Virus record (IMG/VR): IMGVR_UViG_3300020576_004226
Location: 1 to 64,000 of that record
Strand: one strand, 5' to 3'
DNA length: 64,000 bases
From: a virus
Lineage: Duplodnaviria; Caudoviricetes
Shown here: positions 1 through 9,205 of the stretch, piece by piece
Numbering within the stretch: position 1 is the first letter of the stretch
Layout: each line of letters opens with the position of its first letter
Position numbers and translations under genes: made by a program
The notes under the pieces: model-generated
The model's input: only the letters and a program-made list of their open reading frames with translations
What the model was told of the DNA's origin: nothing
The model's database searches: none

Positions 1-3000
1 GGTGAAAAGGCTTTCTTGATTATTGACGACAGGGAACACCTGTTCGACGTTGATATGCACTTTGAGTTGACTCTACCGGAGCGCAAGTCGCTTTTGGAGC
101 AAGAGCCGACCGGAATTGTATTTGAATTTGGCAAAAGAATCTATTGGGCTCCATATGATAAGGACTATTACGGGAGCAACCGAAAGGTAAAGATCGCCTT
201 CAATCAGTTCAAATTCATCGGCTCTCCGTTGCTCCAGATAGACATGGAATGGGCGCACCTCGGGGTACATACCGAATATGAGTTGAACAATGGTAATCAC
301 TCCCCTGACGCTTGGTGCGAGAAGGCTAAATTCATTGGTGCAAAAACCATTGCGCTTTGCGACCATAATTCGCTCGGGGGCACGCTGGCTTTCCAACTGG
401 CTTGCGACAAGAAGGGATTGAAGTCAATCATGGGGATGTCCACTACAATAACAAGGCCGAACGGACATAAATTTTCTGCTAAGTTGTTTGTGCAAAACAA
501 GGCTGGCTGGCGCAACCTTCTTCTGATAAGCAAGAACATACATATTGACCAAGACGACGGCGATTCTGTTACAGAGCAATTCCTGTTCAAGCATTCTGAA
601 GGACTTGCTTTTGTGTTCGGTTGCTTCTCGTTGCCAGCGCAGGAAGAGGAGTATGTTGTCATGCAAGGAGTTTTCAAATTGTATGCAAGCCGTTTTCAGC
701 AATGCTTTTGGCAGTTTGATTCGGTGGAGTTTGCAAGTGAGTCAACCGACCTTCGCGTTTTGAATAACTTGAAGTTTCTCAGGAGGGAATGCCCGCTACA
801 GCCTATACTTATCAACGACTCATATTACATAGACAAGGAGATGTGGCTGTTGAAAAAGTACATGAATAAGGCAGGAGGAGTTGCCCACCCGGAAAGCCAC
901 GAGCAGCATTTCAAAACGCTCGATGAGACATTCATAAAAGTCCTTGACCTATTTGGCGCCGAACGGGAAGACGAGGCTCTTGTGTTTTTAACGCAAGCGG
1001 TAGAGAACACCGTAATTTTGTCGGAGACGTGCGATTTTAAAATAGATGTTGGAAGGCACAAACTGCCCAAGTACGAGGTGGTATCGTTGAGTGAGTGCGC
1101 AGGAGACGCCAAACTCCAGCGCATTAGGGAAGCCGCTTTTTGGGAGGGGAGAGGTCTTGAACCCGGTGACATGAGCGGGTTGTTTCATCAATTGCTTGAA
1201 GAAGGTTGGGCAGCCAAATTGAGCCACCTGGATGATGACCAATTCCAAGAATACTACAAGCGGCTCGATACTGAATTGAATGTGATAGTCCCGGCTGGAT
1301 TCATTGACTATTTCCTCATACTTTGGGATTTGATAAGATGGAGCAAGCACGAACGAGGCATTATGGTTGGAAGCGGACGCGGCTCGGTTGCAGGCAGTCT
1401 GATAGCGTTTTTGCTCGACATAACAACGGTTGATCCCATACCATACGGATTGTTGTTTGAACGTTTCATCAATGAGACTCGTGTTTCAGGGGAACGAGCC
1501 ATGCAAGCCGACGCATTACCCGATATTGACTTGGACTTTGAATCAAAGCACCGAGGTGAGGTGAAGCGATATTTGGAATACAAGTATGGGAAGGACTTTG
1601 TCTGCTCTATTGGGGCTTATGGCAGAATGAAGGTCAAGTCAGGCGTGAAGGACTTCGCCAAAATAAAGGGTATTTCATTCTCTGATATGAATTACGTCAC
1701 CTCCTTCATGGATGAGCAATTGCAATGGCTTTGGGAAGATATTTTCAAGTATGCCTTGCAGTCTAAGGTTGTGTACGACTTTGTACAGAAAAACCCGGAA
1801 ATAATCAATGTATTGAACTTCGGCTTGAACCAAGCGACAAATGAATCGGTACACGCTTCCGCTGTAATTATTGTGCCCAAATTCGACCATGAGGGGACGC
1901 CGATGACCATATACGAATGGCTCCCTGTCAAGAAGATGAAAGGCCAAGACGGTGCTTCGATAATTGTGAGCCAATGGGAGGGGAAATATACCGACCGTGG
2001 AGGCTATTTGAAGGAGGACATACTTGGGCTCGACCAACTCGACAAGTTCCACCGCATCAAAGACATAATCATTGCCCAACTGGGTCAAGATGTCATACTC
2101 GAGGATATACCATTCGACGACCATCAAGTGTACAAGGCTTTTGGTAAGGGATGGGTTGAGGACGTGTTCCAATTCGGCTCTGACGGCTTGCGCTCCTACT
2201 CAATACGTTCCAAGCCGAAAGACATTGAGCACTTGATAGCAATGAACGCTCTGTACCGTCCTGGACCGATGTCAAGCAACGCTCACACCGACTTCGCCGA
2301 TATTTTGAACGGCAAGAAGGAGCCAACATATGACTACATGCTCCAGGAGGTTACGGAGCCAACGCTCGGGCTGTACGTTTACCAAGAGCAAATCATGAAG
2401 GCTGTAGTGGTTTTGGGAGGGCTTTCGCTTGTCGAGGCAGACAATTTCCGAACAGCGATCAAGAAGTTCGACAAGGCTAAAATGGCAGCTTACCAGGAGA
2501 AGTTTATTGCAGGCGCCATTGAGCGAGGTTGCCCCGATGACGAGGCAAAATCCATATGGGCTAAACTCCTGCGGTTCTCCGGTTACGGCTTCAACAAGTC
2601 TCACTCGGCGGCTTACTCAATCATGTCATATTGGAGCATGTGGCTGAAGGTTCACTACCCTGTTCCGTTCTGGGCTGCTTCACTGCAATTCAGCCGGGAC
2701 ACTCAAATTCCATACAGGATTTTTGAGATGTCTAAGGTCAATGGAGACATAAAGGTTGTTCCTCCCGATATCAATCATTCTACAAATGAATTTGCTTGTG
2801 ACATACCTTCAAAAACCATATTCTGGTCGCTGACAAAAATCAAAGGCATAGCAGAGAACGGCTTCAACAAAATCATGGCAGAACGGGAAAGAAGCCCATT
2901 CAAATCGGTTGAGGATTTTTTAAAGAGGATGAAGGGTACTGGAATGGGCAAGAGCAAGGCTTTGAGCCTCATTTTATCGGGGTGCTTTGATTCAGCTGAG

Positions 3001-3507
3001 GACATAAAGAAGCCTACAGACCGCATCCGAATCATCAACAAATTGTTTGAGTTGGAAAAGAGCGCAGTACCCGAAGAGTTCAACAGCAAGCAAATTGAGA
3101 AGGAGTATTTTTGGATTATGCTCCAGAGGGATTTGACAGGGTTTGGGGATATTGATTACCCTCACTTGATAGAACAAGTCAACAGAGTTTACACAACATA
3201 TTACACGAAAGCCGAGGATATACCTCTCGTGCGCTCCGGCAAAGAAGTCGTTGTCGCTGGCCAAATAGATGTCATAAGGCCGCGCACCGGGAAAAGAGGC
3301 AAATTTGCTGAAGTACGCATAAGAAACAACAACGGATTCATTGATGTTTTGATGTGGAACGAGGCTTGGGAGAAATATGGTAAAGCGGTCAAAGAGGCTT
3401 GGGAGAACAAAAGCCTTGTGTGTTTGCGTGGTCAAGTCAAAATGGATGATTACCGAGGCTTCAATTGTGTTTACTCTAACGAAAAAACAAGGTTCTTAAT
3501 TCTATGA
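1..3507 (+). CDS. dnaE: DNA polymerase III alpha subunit (phage DnaE); frame open to the window start, probably 5'-partial
   Basis: PHP motifs HLGVHTEY and LCDHNSLGG; GSGRGSVAGSLIAFLLDIT; catalytic LPDIDLDF; KEDILGL; GYGFNKSHSAAY; C-terminal OB fold. No stop between positions 1 and 16. Confidence 0.97.
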   Translation, partial: GEKAFLIIDDREHLFDVDMHFELTLPERKSLLEQEPTGIVFEFGKRIYWAPYDKDYYGSNRKVKIAFNQFKFIGSPLLQIDMEWAHLGVHTEYELNNGNHSPDAWCEKAKFIGAKTIALCDHNSLGGTLAFQLACDKKGLKSIMGMSTTITRPNGHKFSAKLFVQNKAGWRNLLLISKNIHIDQDDGDSVTEQFLFKHSEGLAFVFGCFSLPAQEEEYVVMQGVFKLYASRFQQCFWQFDSVEFASESTDLRVLNNLKFLRRECPLQPILINDSYYIDKEMWLLKKYMNKAGGVAHPESHEQHFKTLDETFIKVLDLFGAEREDEALVFLTQAVENTVILSETCDFKIDVGRHKLPKYEVVSLSECAGDAKLQRIREAAFWEGRGLEPGDMSGLFHQLLEEGWAAKLSHLDDDQFQEYYKRLDTELNVIVPAGFIDYFLILWDLIRWSKHERGIMVGSGRGSVAGSLIAFLLDITTVDPIPYGLLFERFINETRVSGERAMQADALPDIDLDFESKHRGEVKRYLEYKYGKDFVCSIGAYGRMKVKSGVKDFAKIKGISFSDMNYVTSFMDEQLQWLWEDIFKYALQSKVVYDFVQKNPEIINVLNFGLNQATNESVHASAVIIVPKFDHEGTPMTIYEWLPVKKMKGQDGASIIVSQWEGKYTDRGGYLKEDILGLDQLDKFHRIKDIIIAQLGQDVILEDIPFDDHQVYKAFGKGWVEDVFQFGSDGLRSYSIRSKPKDIEHLIAMNALYRPGPMSSNAHTDFADILNGKKEPTYDYMLQEVTEPTLGLYVYQEQIMKAVVVLGGLSLVEADNFRTAIKKFDKAKMAAYQEKFIAGAIERGCPDDEAKSIWAKLLRFSGYGFNKSHSAAYSIMSYWSMWLKVHYPVPFWAASLQFSRDTQIPYRIFEMSKVNGDIKVVPPDINHSTNEFACDIPSKTIFWSLTKIKGIAENGFNKIMAERERSPFKSVEDFLKRMKGTGMGKSKALSLILSGCFDSAEDIKKPTDRIRIINKLFELEKSAVPEEFNSKQIEKEYFWIMLQRDLTGFGDIDYPHLIEQVNRVYTTYYTKAEDIPLVRSGKEVVVAGQIDVIRPRTGKRGKFAEVRIRNNNGFIDVLMWNEAWEKYGKAVKEAWENKSLVCLRGQVKMDDYRGFNCVYSNEKTRFLIL

Positions 3508-4190
3508 AAAACACCATCACACGACGCATGTTATCGGGCGACTTTGACCGTCTGTTCGATACTATCCGCTGGAACAGTAGCCACTTTACTCACCAGCGTG
3601 AAAATCTCGCTTCACACCAATACATGGTTGGAGTTTTGGCGAACGCATTGGCCACTGACCTTTCGTTCGCTCCGGAGTATCGCTTGAATGTTCTTGAATA
3701 CGCTTTGTACCACGACTGGGATGAGATATTCACTGGCGACATAGGCCACGCCGTAAAATACAATACTCATAATGGACCAATTTTGCGCGACACCATTGAT
3801 CAATTGGTCGACTTTACAGCGAAGAAGGAATTCATTGAATCTGCCACTGACGAATCAGAAGTTTTGATTGGACGGGTTTTGAATGGAGAACACGGATACG
3901 CTCCAAGCATACCTATGCTTTCAAAGGTTTGCGATTGGCTTAGCATGCTATTCTTTTGCGTCCGGGAAACTCGGCTTGGTAACACCTATTTCCAAGAAAA
4001 ATTGGTTTATTGTTCCAATTCAACGCTCGGTGCTATCGACAGATTTTGGGAGCAATTCAAGATTGACGTGACCGAAAATGACGCATTCATCACGGTTTTC
4101 GAACCGGATGAGGAGATCATGCAAGAATTGATTGATATCATCAAAGAAATCACTCAATCTACATTACAAGTCGAAATAAAGCAAATATGA
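3504..4190 (+). CDS. HD-domain nucleotide phosphohydrolase (YfbR-like)
   Basis: IRW...ENLASHQYMV...YALYHDWDEIFTGDIGHAVKY...SKVCDWLS matches the YfbR-type HD layout. Confidence 0.85.
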   Translation: MKNTITRRMLSGDFDRLFDTIRWNSSHFTHQRENLASHQYMVGVLANALATDLSFAPEYRLNVLEYALYHDWDEIFTGDIGHAVKYNTHNGPILRDTIDQLVDFTAKKEFIESATDESEVLIGRVLNGEHGYAPSIPMLSKVCDWLSMLFFCVRETRLGNTYFQEKLVYCSNSTLGAIDRFWEQFKIDVTENDAFITVFEPDEEIMQELIDIIKEITQSTLQVEIKQI

Positions 4191-4888
4191 ACTTCGCATT
4201 CTATGGCCGCATCAACGCTGGCAAAGACACAGCAGCAAACATGATGTTTTTCGCTCTTACCTATTGGAAAAAGGGCATTCACAAAAACACTGCTCTTGGC
4301 CAGCCCAATCTCGAAACGATGTGTCAATTCTTTGGCTCTGATTTTGAAAGGGCTAATTTTCATGGAATGATGACCGACGGCAGTCAAACTCCATTCAAAG
4401 ACATAAAGTTTATGTCATTCAGTACTCGCATCCACGAGATGACTGCCTTGTTGACTGGTATACCATTGGAGCAATGCGTTGACCGTCAATTCAAAGATGT
4501 TTTGGTTCCAAGGGGATTTCATAAAACGATTCGTCAAATCATGATTGATATTGGGGAAGGTTTGCGGGCTTCTTACGGCGCCAATGTCTGGGTTGCTCCG
4601 GTGATGAATGCAATTGAAGAAAATCCACGCACCCTTATGTTGATACTCGGTATGCGTCATCCCAATGAGTACTCCGCTTTGGCCTCGTTGGGCAATACAG
4701 TGTTCGTCAAAGTCAAATTGGACTTTGAAGTTGTAAAAGGAGCGGAGTTTGCCGAAGGCTTATTAGAGGAGCATCCTTTTGACGTTGTTCTTGAGAATAC
4801 AAAGGGAGATTTGCGGTTTTTGTGGGAGCAGGTGGTAAACATGGTTTATTATTACGGCGACAAAATAACACTCGATTATGCAAACTGA
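4187..4888 (+). CDS. Deoxynucleoside monophosphate kinase (T4 gp1-like)
   Basis: GRINAGKDTAA P-loop; RQIMIDIGEGLR; NVWV; GMRHPNE. Confidence 0.85.
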   Translation: MNFAFYGRINAGKDTAANMMFFALTYWKKGIHKNTALGQPNLETMCQFFGSDFERANFHGMMTDGSQTPFKDIKFMSFSTRIHEMTALLTGIPLEQCVDRQFKDVLVPRGFHKTIRQIMIDIGEGLRASYGANVWVAPVMNAIEENPRTLMLILGMRHPNEYSALASLGNTVFVKVKLDFEVVKGAEFAEGLLEEHPFDVVLENTKGDLRFLWEQVVNMVYYYGDKITLDYAN

Positions 4889-5444
4889 AAAGTTGGTAAC
4901 CACGCTTGAAATTTCTGGCAAGACGATTGTCTTCGCGCACCGAGGCTTCTCCGATGAGTTTGATATCGAATCAGTACTACGTATTGACGTGGAGCGGCTT
5001 GCCATTGAGATTTTAACATTCCCGGTGGTTCTCAACAGGATTGGATTGTTACTTGCGGAAGCCGACAACGCTGTCAGCGAGGCCAATTTGGACTTGGAAA
5101 TATGGATGTCAAAGGAACGGGAGAGAATCCGCATTGATTTGATTGAAAACCGGGTTGCTGGAGACAAGTTGACCCAGGATGATATGAAGTACAAACAGGA
5201 AGCCAAACTCAAAGGCAGCCCGATGTACCTTGCCAAGAACAAAATTGCATTCGCAGCGAAGAAACGACGTGACTTTGTCAACTCAATCTTCTGGAGCGCA
5301 AAAGACAAAAGCGACAAATTGAATCATTTAGCAACCTCGCTCAAAGGGTGGAAAACACTTGAACAATTGCTTGACGAGGGCTTACTCAATGGATCAATGA
5401 ATGGCGTCAAAATCAAGGTGGGCAAACCACTTTTTGAAGATTAA
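4878..5444 (+). CDS. Helical protein, possibly UvsY-like recombination mediator
   Basis: Coiled-coil character and position just upstream of SSB and RecA; no diagnostic motif. Confidence 0.35.
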   Translation: MQTEKLVTTLEISGKTIVFAHRGFSDEFDIESVLRIDVERLAIEILTFPVVLNRIGLLLAEADNAVSEANLDLEIWMSKERERIRIDLIENRVAGDKLTQDDMKYKQEAKLKGSPMYLAKNKIAFAAKKRRDFVNSIFWSAKDKSDKLNHLATSLKGWKTLEQLLDEGLLNGSMNGVKIKVGKPLFED

Positions 5445-5472
5445 CAATTGTTTAACCAAAACTTATTATCAC

Positions 5473-6822
5473 ATGTCCAATTTACGCGACAAGTACAAAG
5501 CAACTCCGGTGAAGGCTCTGAAAAAGAGCATAACCGAGGAGGATGCCGAGTTCAGTTCAGGCCGTGGTCAGTTTGTTCAACTCACCGACGGTAAGAACCG
5601 AATCCGCTTCTTTCCATCACACAAGGCAAATGAGCGTTTCTACACCCTGCGCGCCTTCTATTGGGTGAAGAATTACGCCGACGACGACAGCGGCGACGAA
5701 ATGTACAACCGTACTGTTTTGTCTGCCCGGTTCCACTACCCAGATGCAAAATGGGATTTGATTGACGAGTACATCGTTGCTGCTCGTTCTTTCATCGAAA
5801 GCAACAGTGATTTTGAAGCCGACGAAAAGGCAGCCAAACTCGAGGTCATCACCAACTGGAAAACAGGCTTGCAGTTGTCCCGTTCCTGGGTTGCTTATTG
5901 CCTCAAAATCTCCGGAGACAAGCGTGAGTTTGGCCTCATTGAGATGAACAAAACCATCCGTGACAAAATCAACTCCGAGGTTCTCCTGGAGGATGAAGAC
6001 GAGCCAATCACAACCGACCCGTTCACTGACCCGGATTCAGGCAAAGTTGTCATCATCAATGTTGACAAATCCAAGCCAAAGGCCGACCAGAAGTACACAA
6101 TCAAAGTGTCAGGCGTGAATGCGCTGGAGGATGAGGAACTTGAAACATTTGACGCTGCTAAGCCGCTCGGCGACCTGTTCCACTACACTGCCAAAGATTG
6201 GGACTCCGGTTTGGAAGGTATCAAAATTTTCGACGACGCAAACGACATCGGCTTGTTCGCTGACAGCGACTGGTTGGAACACGTTGAGGAAATCAAAGCC
6301 CAATTCAATTTCGGCGGCTCGGCTTCCAAAAAGGCCACACCTGGCAAGAAGGCCGCTGCAACCAATGACGATGACGACGACGATGCTCCTCCGCCAACGA
6401 AAAAGGCCGCTCCTGCACCTCCGGTTAAAAAAGCAGCCGCTGCCCCACCTGTATCCAAGAAAGCACCTCCGGTTGTTGAAGAGGAAGAGGAAGAAGAACC
6501 AGCCTCAACCAGTTCAGAAGCAGATGAGTTTGACTCCATGGACAGGGATGAATTGAAGGCTTGGATCGCAGAAAAGCACACAACAAGTGAAGAGGCCGCT
6601 GAAGTTCTGCGTGTCAAGAAGTCAATGACCGATGACGACATCCGGGTGATGATTCGTGAGTTCGTTGCTTCAGAGGATTTGGGTTCTGACGAGCCTGAAC
6701 AAAATGACGACGATGAGGAAGAAACGCCACCACCTGCAAAGAAGGCTGTGACTGCTACCCCTACTAAGGCCACAAGCGTTGAAGATGTGCGTGCGCGTCT
6801 GGCTGGCCTGAAGAAGAAGTGA
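5473..6822 (+). CDS. Single-stranded DNA-binding protein (gp32-like) with long acidic/Pro-Ala-Lys-rich tail
   Basis: GKNRIRFFPS N-terminus; DPFTDPDSGK motif; poly-D/E runs; lies between UvsY-like and RecA genes. Start taken at ATG 5473. Confidence 0.7.
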   Translation: MSNLRDKYKATPVKALKKSITEEDAEFSSGRGQFVQLTDGKNRIRFFPSHKANERFYTLRAFYWVKNYADDDSGDEMYNRTVLSARFHYPDAKWDLIDEYIVAARSFIESNSDFEADEKAAKLEVITNWKTGLQLSRSWVAYCLKISGDKREFGLIEMNKTIRDKINSEVLLEDEDEPITTDPFTDPDSGKVVIINVDKSKPKADQKYTIKVSGVNALEDEELETFDAAKPLGDLFHYTAKDWDSGLEGIKIFDDANDIGLFADSDWLEHVEEIKAQFNFGGSASKKATPGKKAAATNDDDDDDAPPPTKKAAPAPPVKKAAAAPPVSKKAPPVVEEEEEEEPASTSSEADEFDSMDRDELKAWIAEKHTTSEEAAEVLRVKKSMTDDDIRVMIREFVASEDLGSDEPEQNDDDEEETPPPAKKAVTATPTKATSVEDVRARLAGLKKK

Positions 6823-6849
6823 GTTTTGGAACAATAGTTTGACATTAAC

Positions 6850-6897
6850 AGCCCGGCTCGGTTCTTTGCTTGCAGAGTTTACCGTGTCGGGCTTTTT
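6850..6897 (+). terminator. Intrinsic terminator
   Basis: agcccg...cgggct stem with inner pairing, followed by a T run, after the SSB stop. Confidence 0.7.
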
Positions 6898-6920
6898 AAA
6901 TTAACAAAACACATAAAGCA

Positions 6921-8087
6921 ATGGCATTTTTAGATAGATTGCAACAACAATTTGACGGCGGCAAGACCTTCCGCTTTGGACAAGTTGACCCATTCCAAGA
7001 CGTTGGCTCTTGGGTTGGAACAGGCTCTCCCTCACTTGATTTACAATTAGGTACATTCGGCTACCCGACCGGAGTCATTGAGATTCGTGGTGTGAGTCAA
7101 TCAGGGAAAACCACAATGTCGCTTCAAGCGATGAAGACTGCTATTGAAAGTATGGGGGAACGAGCTGTAGTCTCCATTCTTTCCAGCGAACGTCGTGACA
7201 ACCTGGCCTACGCTGCGCAAATGGGAGTCCCGGTCAACCAAATTATCCTCCACCGAATCAAAACTATTGAGGACGTGAAGAACAAAATCTTCCAAACAAT
7301 CCGTAAAGCCGAGGCGCAACTGACGGCTTTCTTTGTTGAAGAAGGGAAGGACGCCAAGGTCAAAAAAGATGAATTGGAAGATTATGTAGCCAAGCGCAGG
7401 AGCGAATTTGGCCAGTTGCATTTCTTCTTCATTTGGGATGCGCTCGGGCAGACTGTTTCTGCCCAGGAACTACAAAAAGCAGAAGACAACGCTGACAAAG
7501 ACGAGACAGGAATGGCCGCTCTCGCTTCGGCTTCGCGAGCACTGCCTAATATGCTTCGGAGCATAAAAGCACTCGAGGATGACCATAACCTCACGCTGAT
7601 GATTATTAACAGAGCCTACGACAAAATAGATGGCACTCCTGGCAAGAAGTCGTACGGCGGCAACGCCATAGAACTTTTCCCGACAATGCGCTTGGAATTG
7701 ACGCGCATACAAGGAATCAAGGTGGGCGATGAGGAAGTGGGGCAAGTAAGCGAAGTTAAAGTCATCAAAAGCGACTTTGGCTCCCCTAAACAGTCGTTCA
7801 AAATCGAAATTGGTTATGGCCTTGGAATCATTCTCAACCAAGACGATATTGACTTCGGAATTGAATGCGGGGTGCTCGAGAAATTCGGGCAAGGTGGCGC
7901 CATTTTCACAATGGGAAAGAAGGAGATGTTGAAGTGGAAGACCCGGCGTGAGTTGTACCAGCTGTACACCGACCGTGACCCGAACTTGAAGATTCTTGTC
8001 AAGTTGCTTACCAGCAAGGCGCACGCTCGGGTGAAGAAGGAACGCGACGACAAGTTGGCCAAACTTCTGAAAGAGGCTGTGAAGTAA
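6921..8087 (+). CDS. recA: RecA/UvsX-like recombinase
   Basis: GSPSLDLQLGTFGYPTG; Walker A GVSQSGKTT; FIWDALG; YGGNAIELFPTMRLEL. Confidence 0.92.
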   Translation: MAFLDRLQQQFDGGKTFRFGQVDPFQDVGSWVGTGSPSLDLQLGTFGYPTGVIEIRGVSQSGKTTMSLQAMKTAIESMGERAVVSILSSERRDNLAYAAQMGVPVNQIILHRIKTIEDVKNKIFQTIRKAEAQLTAFFVEEGKDAKVKKDELEDYVAKRRSEFGQLHFFFIWDALGQTVSAQELQKAEDNADKDETGMAALASASRALPNMLRSIKALEDDHNLTLMIINRAYDKIDGTPGKKSYGGNAIELFPTMRLELTRIQGIKVGDEEVGQVSEVKVIKSDFGSPKQSFKIEIGYGLGIILNQDDIDFGIECGVLEKFGQGGAIFTMGKKEMLKWKTRRELYQLYTDRDPNLKILVKLLTSKAHARVKKERDDKLAKLLKEAVK

Positions 8088-8119
8088 CAGAGTTTTATCA
8101 TACCAGTTCGCCACTAAAC

Positions 8120-8157
8120 GAGCCGGAGTTGCTTTGGTGCGCTCCGGCTCTTCTTTT
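8120..8157 (+). terminator. Intrinsic terminator
   Basis: gagccggag...ctccggctc followed by ttctttt. Confidence 0.75.
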
Positions 8158-8160
8158 GAT

Positions 8161-9204
8161 ATGGAAAGTTTACTGATAACAGACACCCATTTTAGCAACG
8201 ATAACATCGCACAAGTCGATGATGTTATGTCACAGGGAATCAATCTCGCTTCCAAAACGAGAACAAAAACGATGTTCCATTTGGGGGATTGGTTTACCAG
8301 TCGCACAGGCCAGACTTTGACCACTCTAATGGGCATGCTCGTCGTGTTGAACAAAGCACAACAAAAGGGTGTAAAAATCATAACTATACCCGGCAATCAC
8401 GACAAGACAGACCTGGAGGATACCCGCTCCTATTTGGAGGTGTTTCGAAGCCACCCTGCTCTGGAGTTGTTTAGTCAAGAGGGCACAGTCAAATTGTCTA
8501 ATGACATCTTGATCCATCTTTTACCCTATTTTCCGGAAGAAGGGACTTACGCAGAAAGACTTGAAGAGCTGACCCGGCTTTCCAACCCAAAAGTCAAGAA
8601 CATATTGTTGACTCACATAGCGTTGGACGGAGCGCAAAACAATGACGGCTCTGCGCAGAAGAACAGCCTGACCAGAGACAAATTTTCCGCTTTCTTCCGG
8701 GTGCTTTCAGGCCATTACCACAACAGAAGTTCACCATGGGGAAGAGCGCAGTATATTGGCTCGGCTCGGGCTGCAAATTATGGCGAAGACAATGAGAAGG
8801 GCTTTACAATAATCAACCCAGATGGCGGCTTAAAATTTGTTAGATCAAATTTCGTTCAATACCACCAATTCGCTTTCAACCTGGAAAAGATTGAGGGAGA
8901 ACAATTCGTTGTTGATTACCAAGAGGCCACAACGCTTGCCGAGTTGGGTCATAACGTGAGGGCAAATGTGATTGGAACCGATGAGATGTTGGAGGCTTTC
9001 GATTACAAATTATTTGAATTGTATGGTATTGAGGTCGTCAGAAAGAATCTTAACATAGCCAAATCAATACATGATTTAGAGGAGGGCTTGACTGTCAGTT
9101 TTTCAGCGGTCGAAATGAGGAGGGCTTTCGTTGAATACTGCAAACTGAATGGAATAAAGGGCGAACTACTTGCGCTCGGCTTAAAACTTTTCAAAAACAT
9201 ATAA
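8161..9204 (+). CDS. SbcD/Mre11 (gp47-like) metallophosphoesterase nuclease
   Basis: TDTH, HLGDWF, PGNHD, LLTH and SGHYH motifs; adjacent to an SbcC-like ATPase. Confidence 0.92.
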   Translation: MESLLITDTHFSNDNIAQVDDVMSQGINLASKTRTKTMFHLGDWFTSRTGQTLTTLMGMLVVLNKAQQKGVKIITIPGNHDKTDLEDTRSYLEVFRSHPALELFSQEGTVKLSNDILIHLLPYFPEEGTYAERLEELTRLSNPKVKNILLTHIALDGAQNNDGSAQKNSLTRDKFSAFFRVLSGHYHNRSSPWGRAQYIGSARAANYGEDNEKGFTIINPDGGLKFVRSNFVQYHQFAFNLEKIEGEQFVVDYQEATTLAELGHNVRANVIGTDEMLEAFDYKLFELYGIEVVRKNLNIAKSIHDLEEGLTVSFSAVEMRRAFVEYCKLNGIKGELLALGLKLFKNI

Positions 9205-9205
9205 C

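Noticed and set aside
3504-4190. Z-genome (2-aminoadenine) system via a DatZ-like HD protein
   Set aside because: No PurZ or MazZ in the window, and the modification genes present point to the hmdU pathway. It cannot be fully excluded without the rest of the genome.
6340-6760. gacgacgac/gaagaggaa microsatellite-like repeats
   Set aside because: They simply encode the poly-D/E tail of the SSB.
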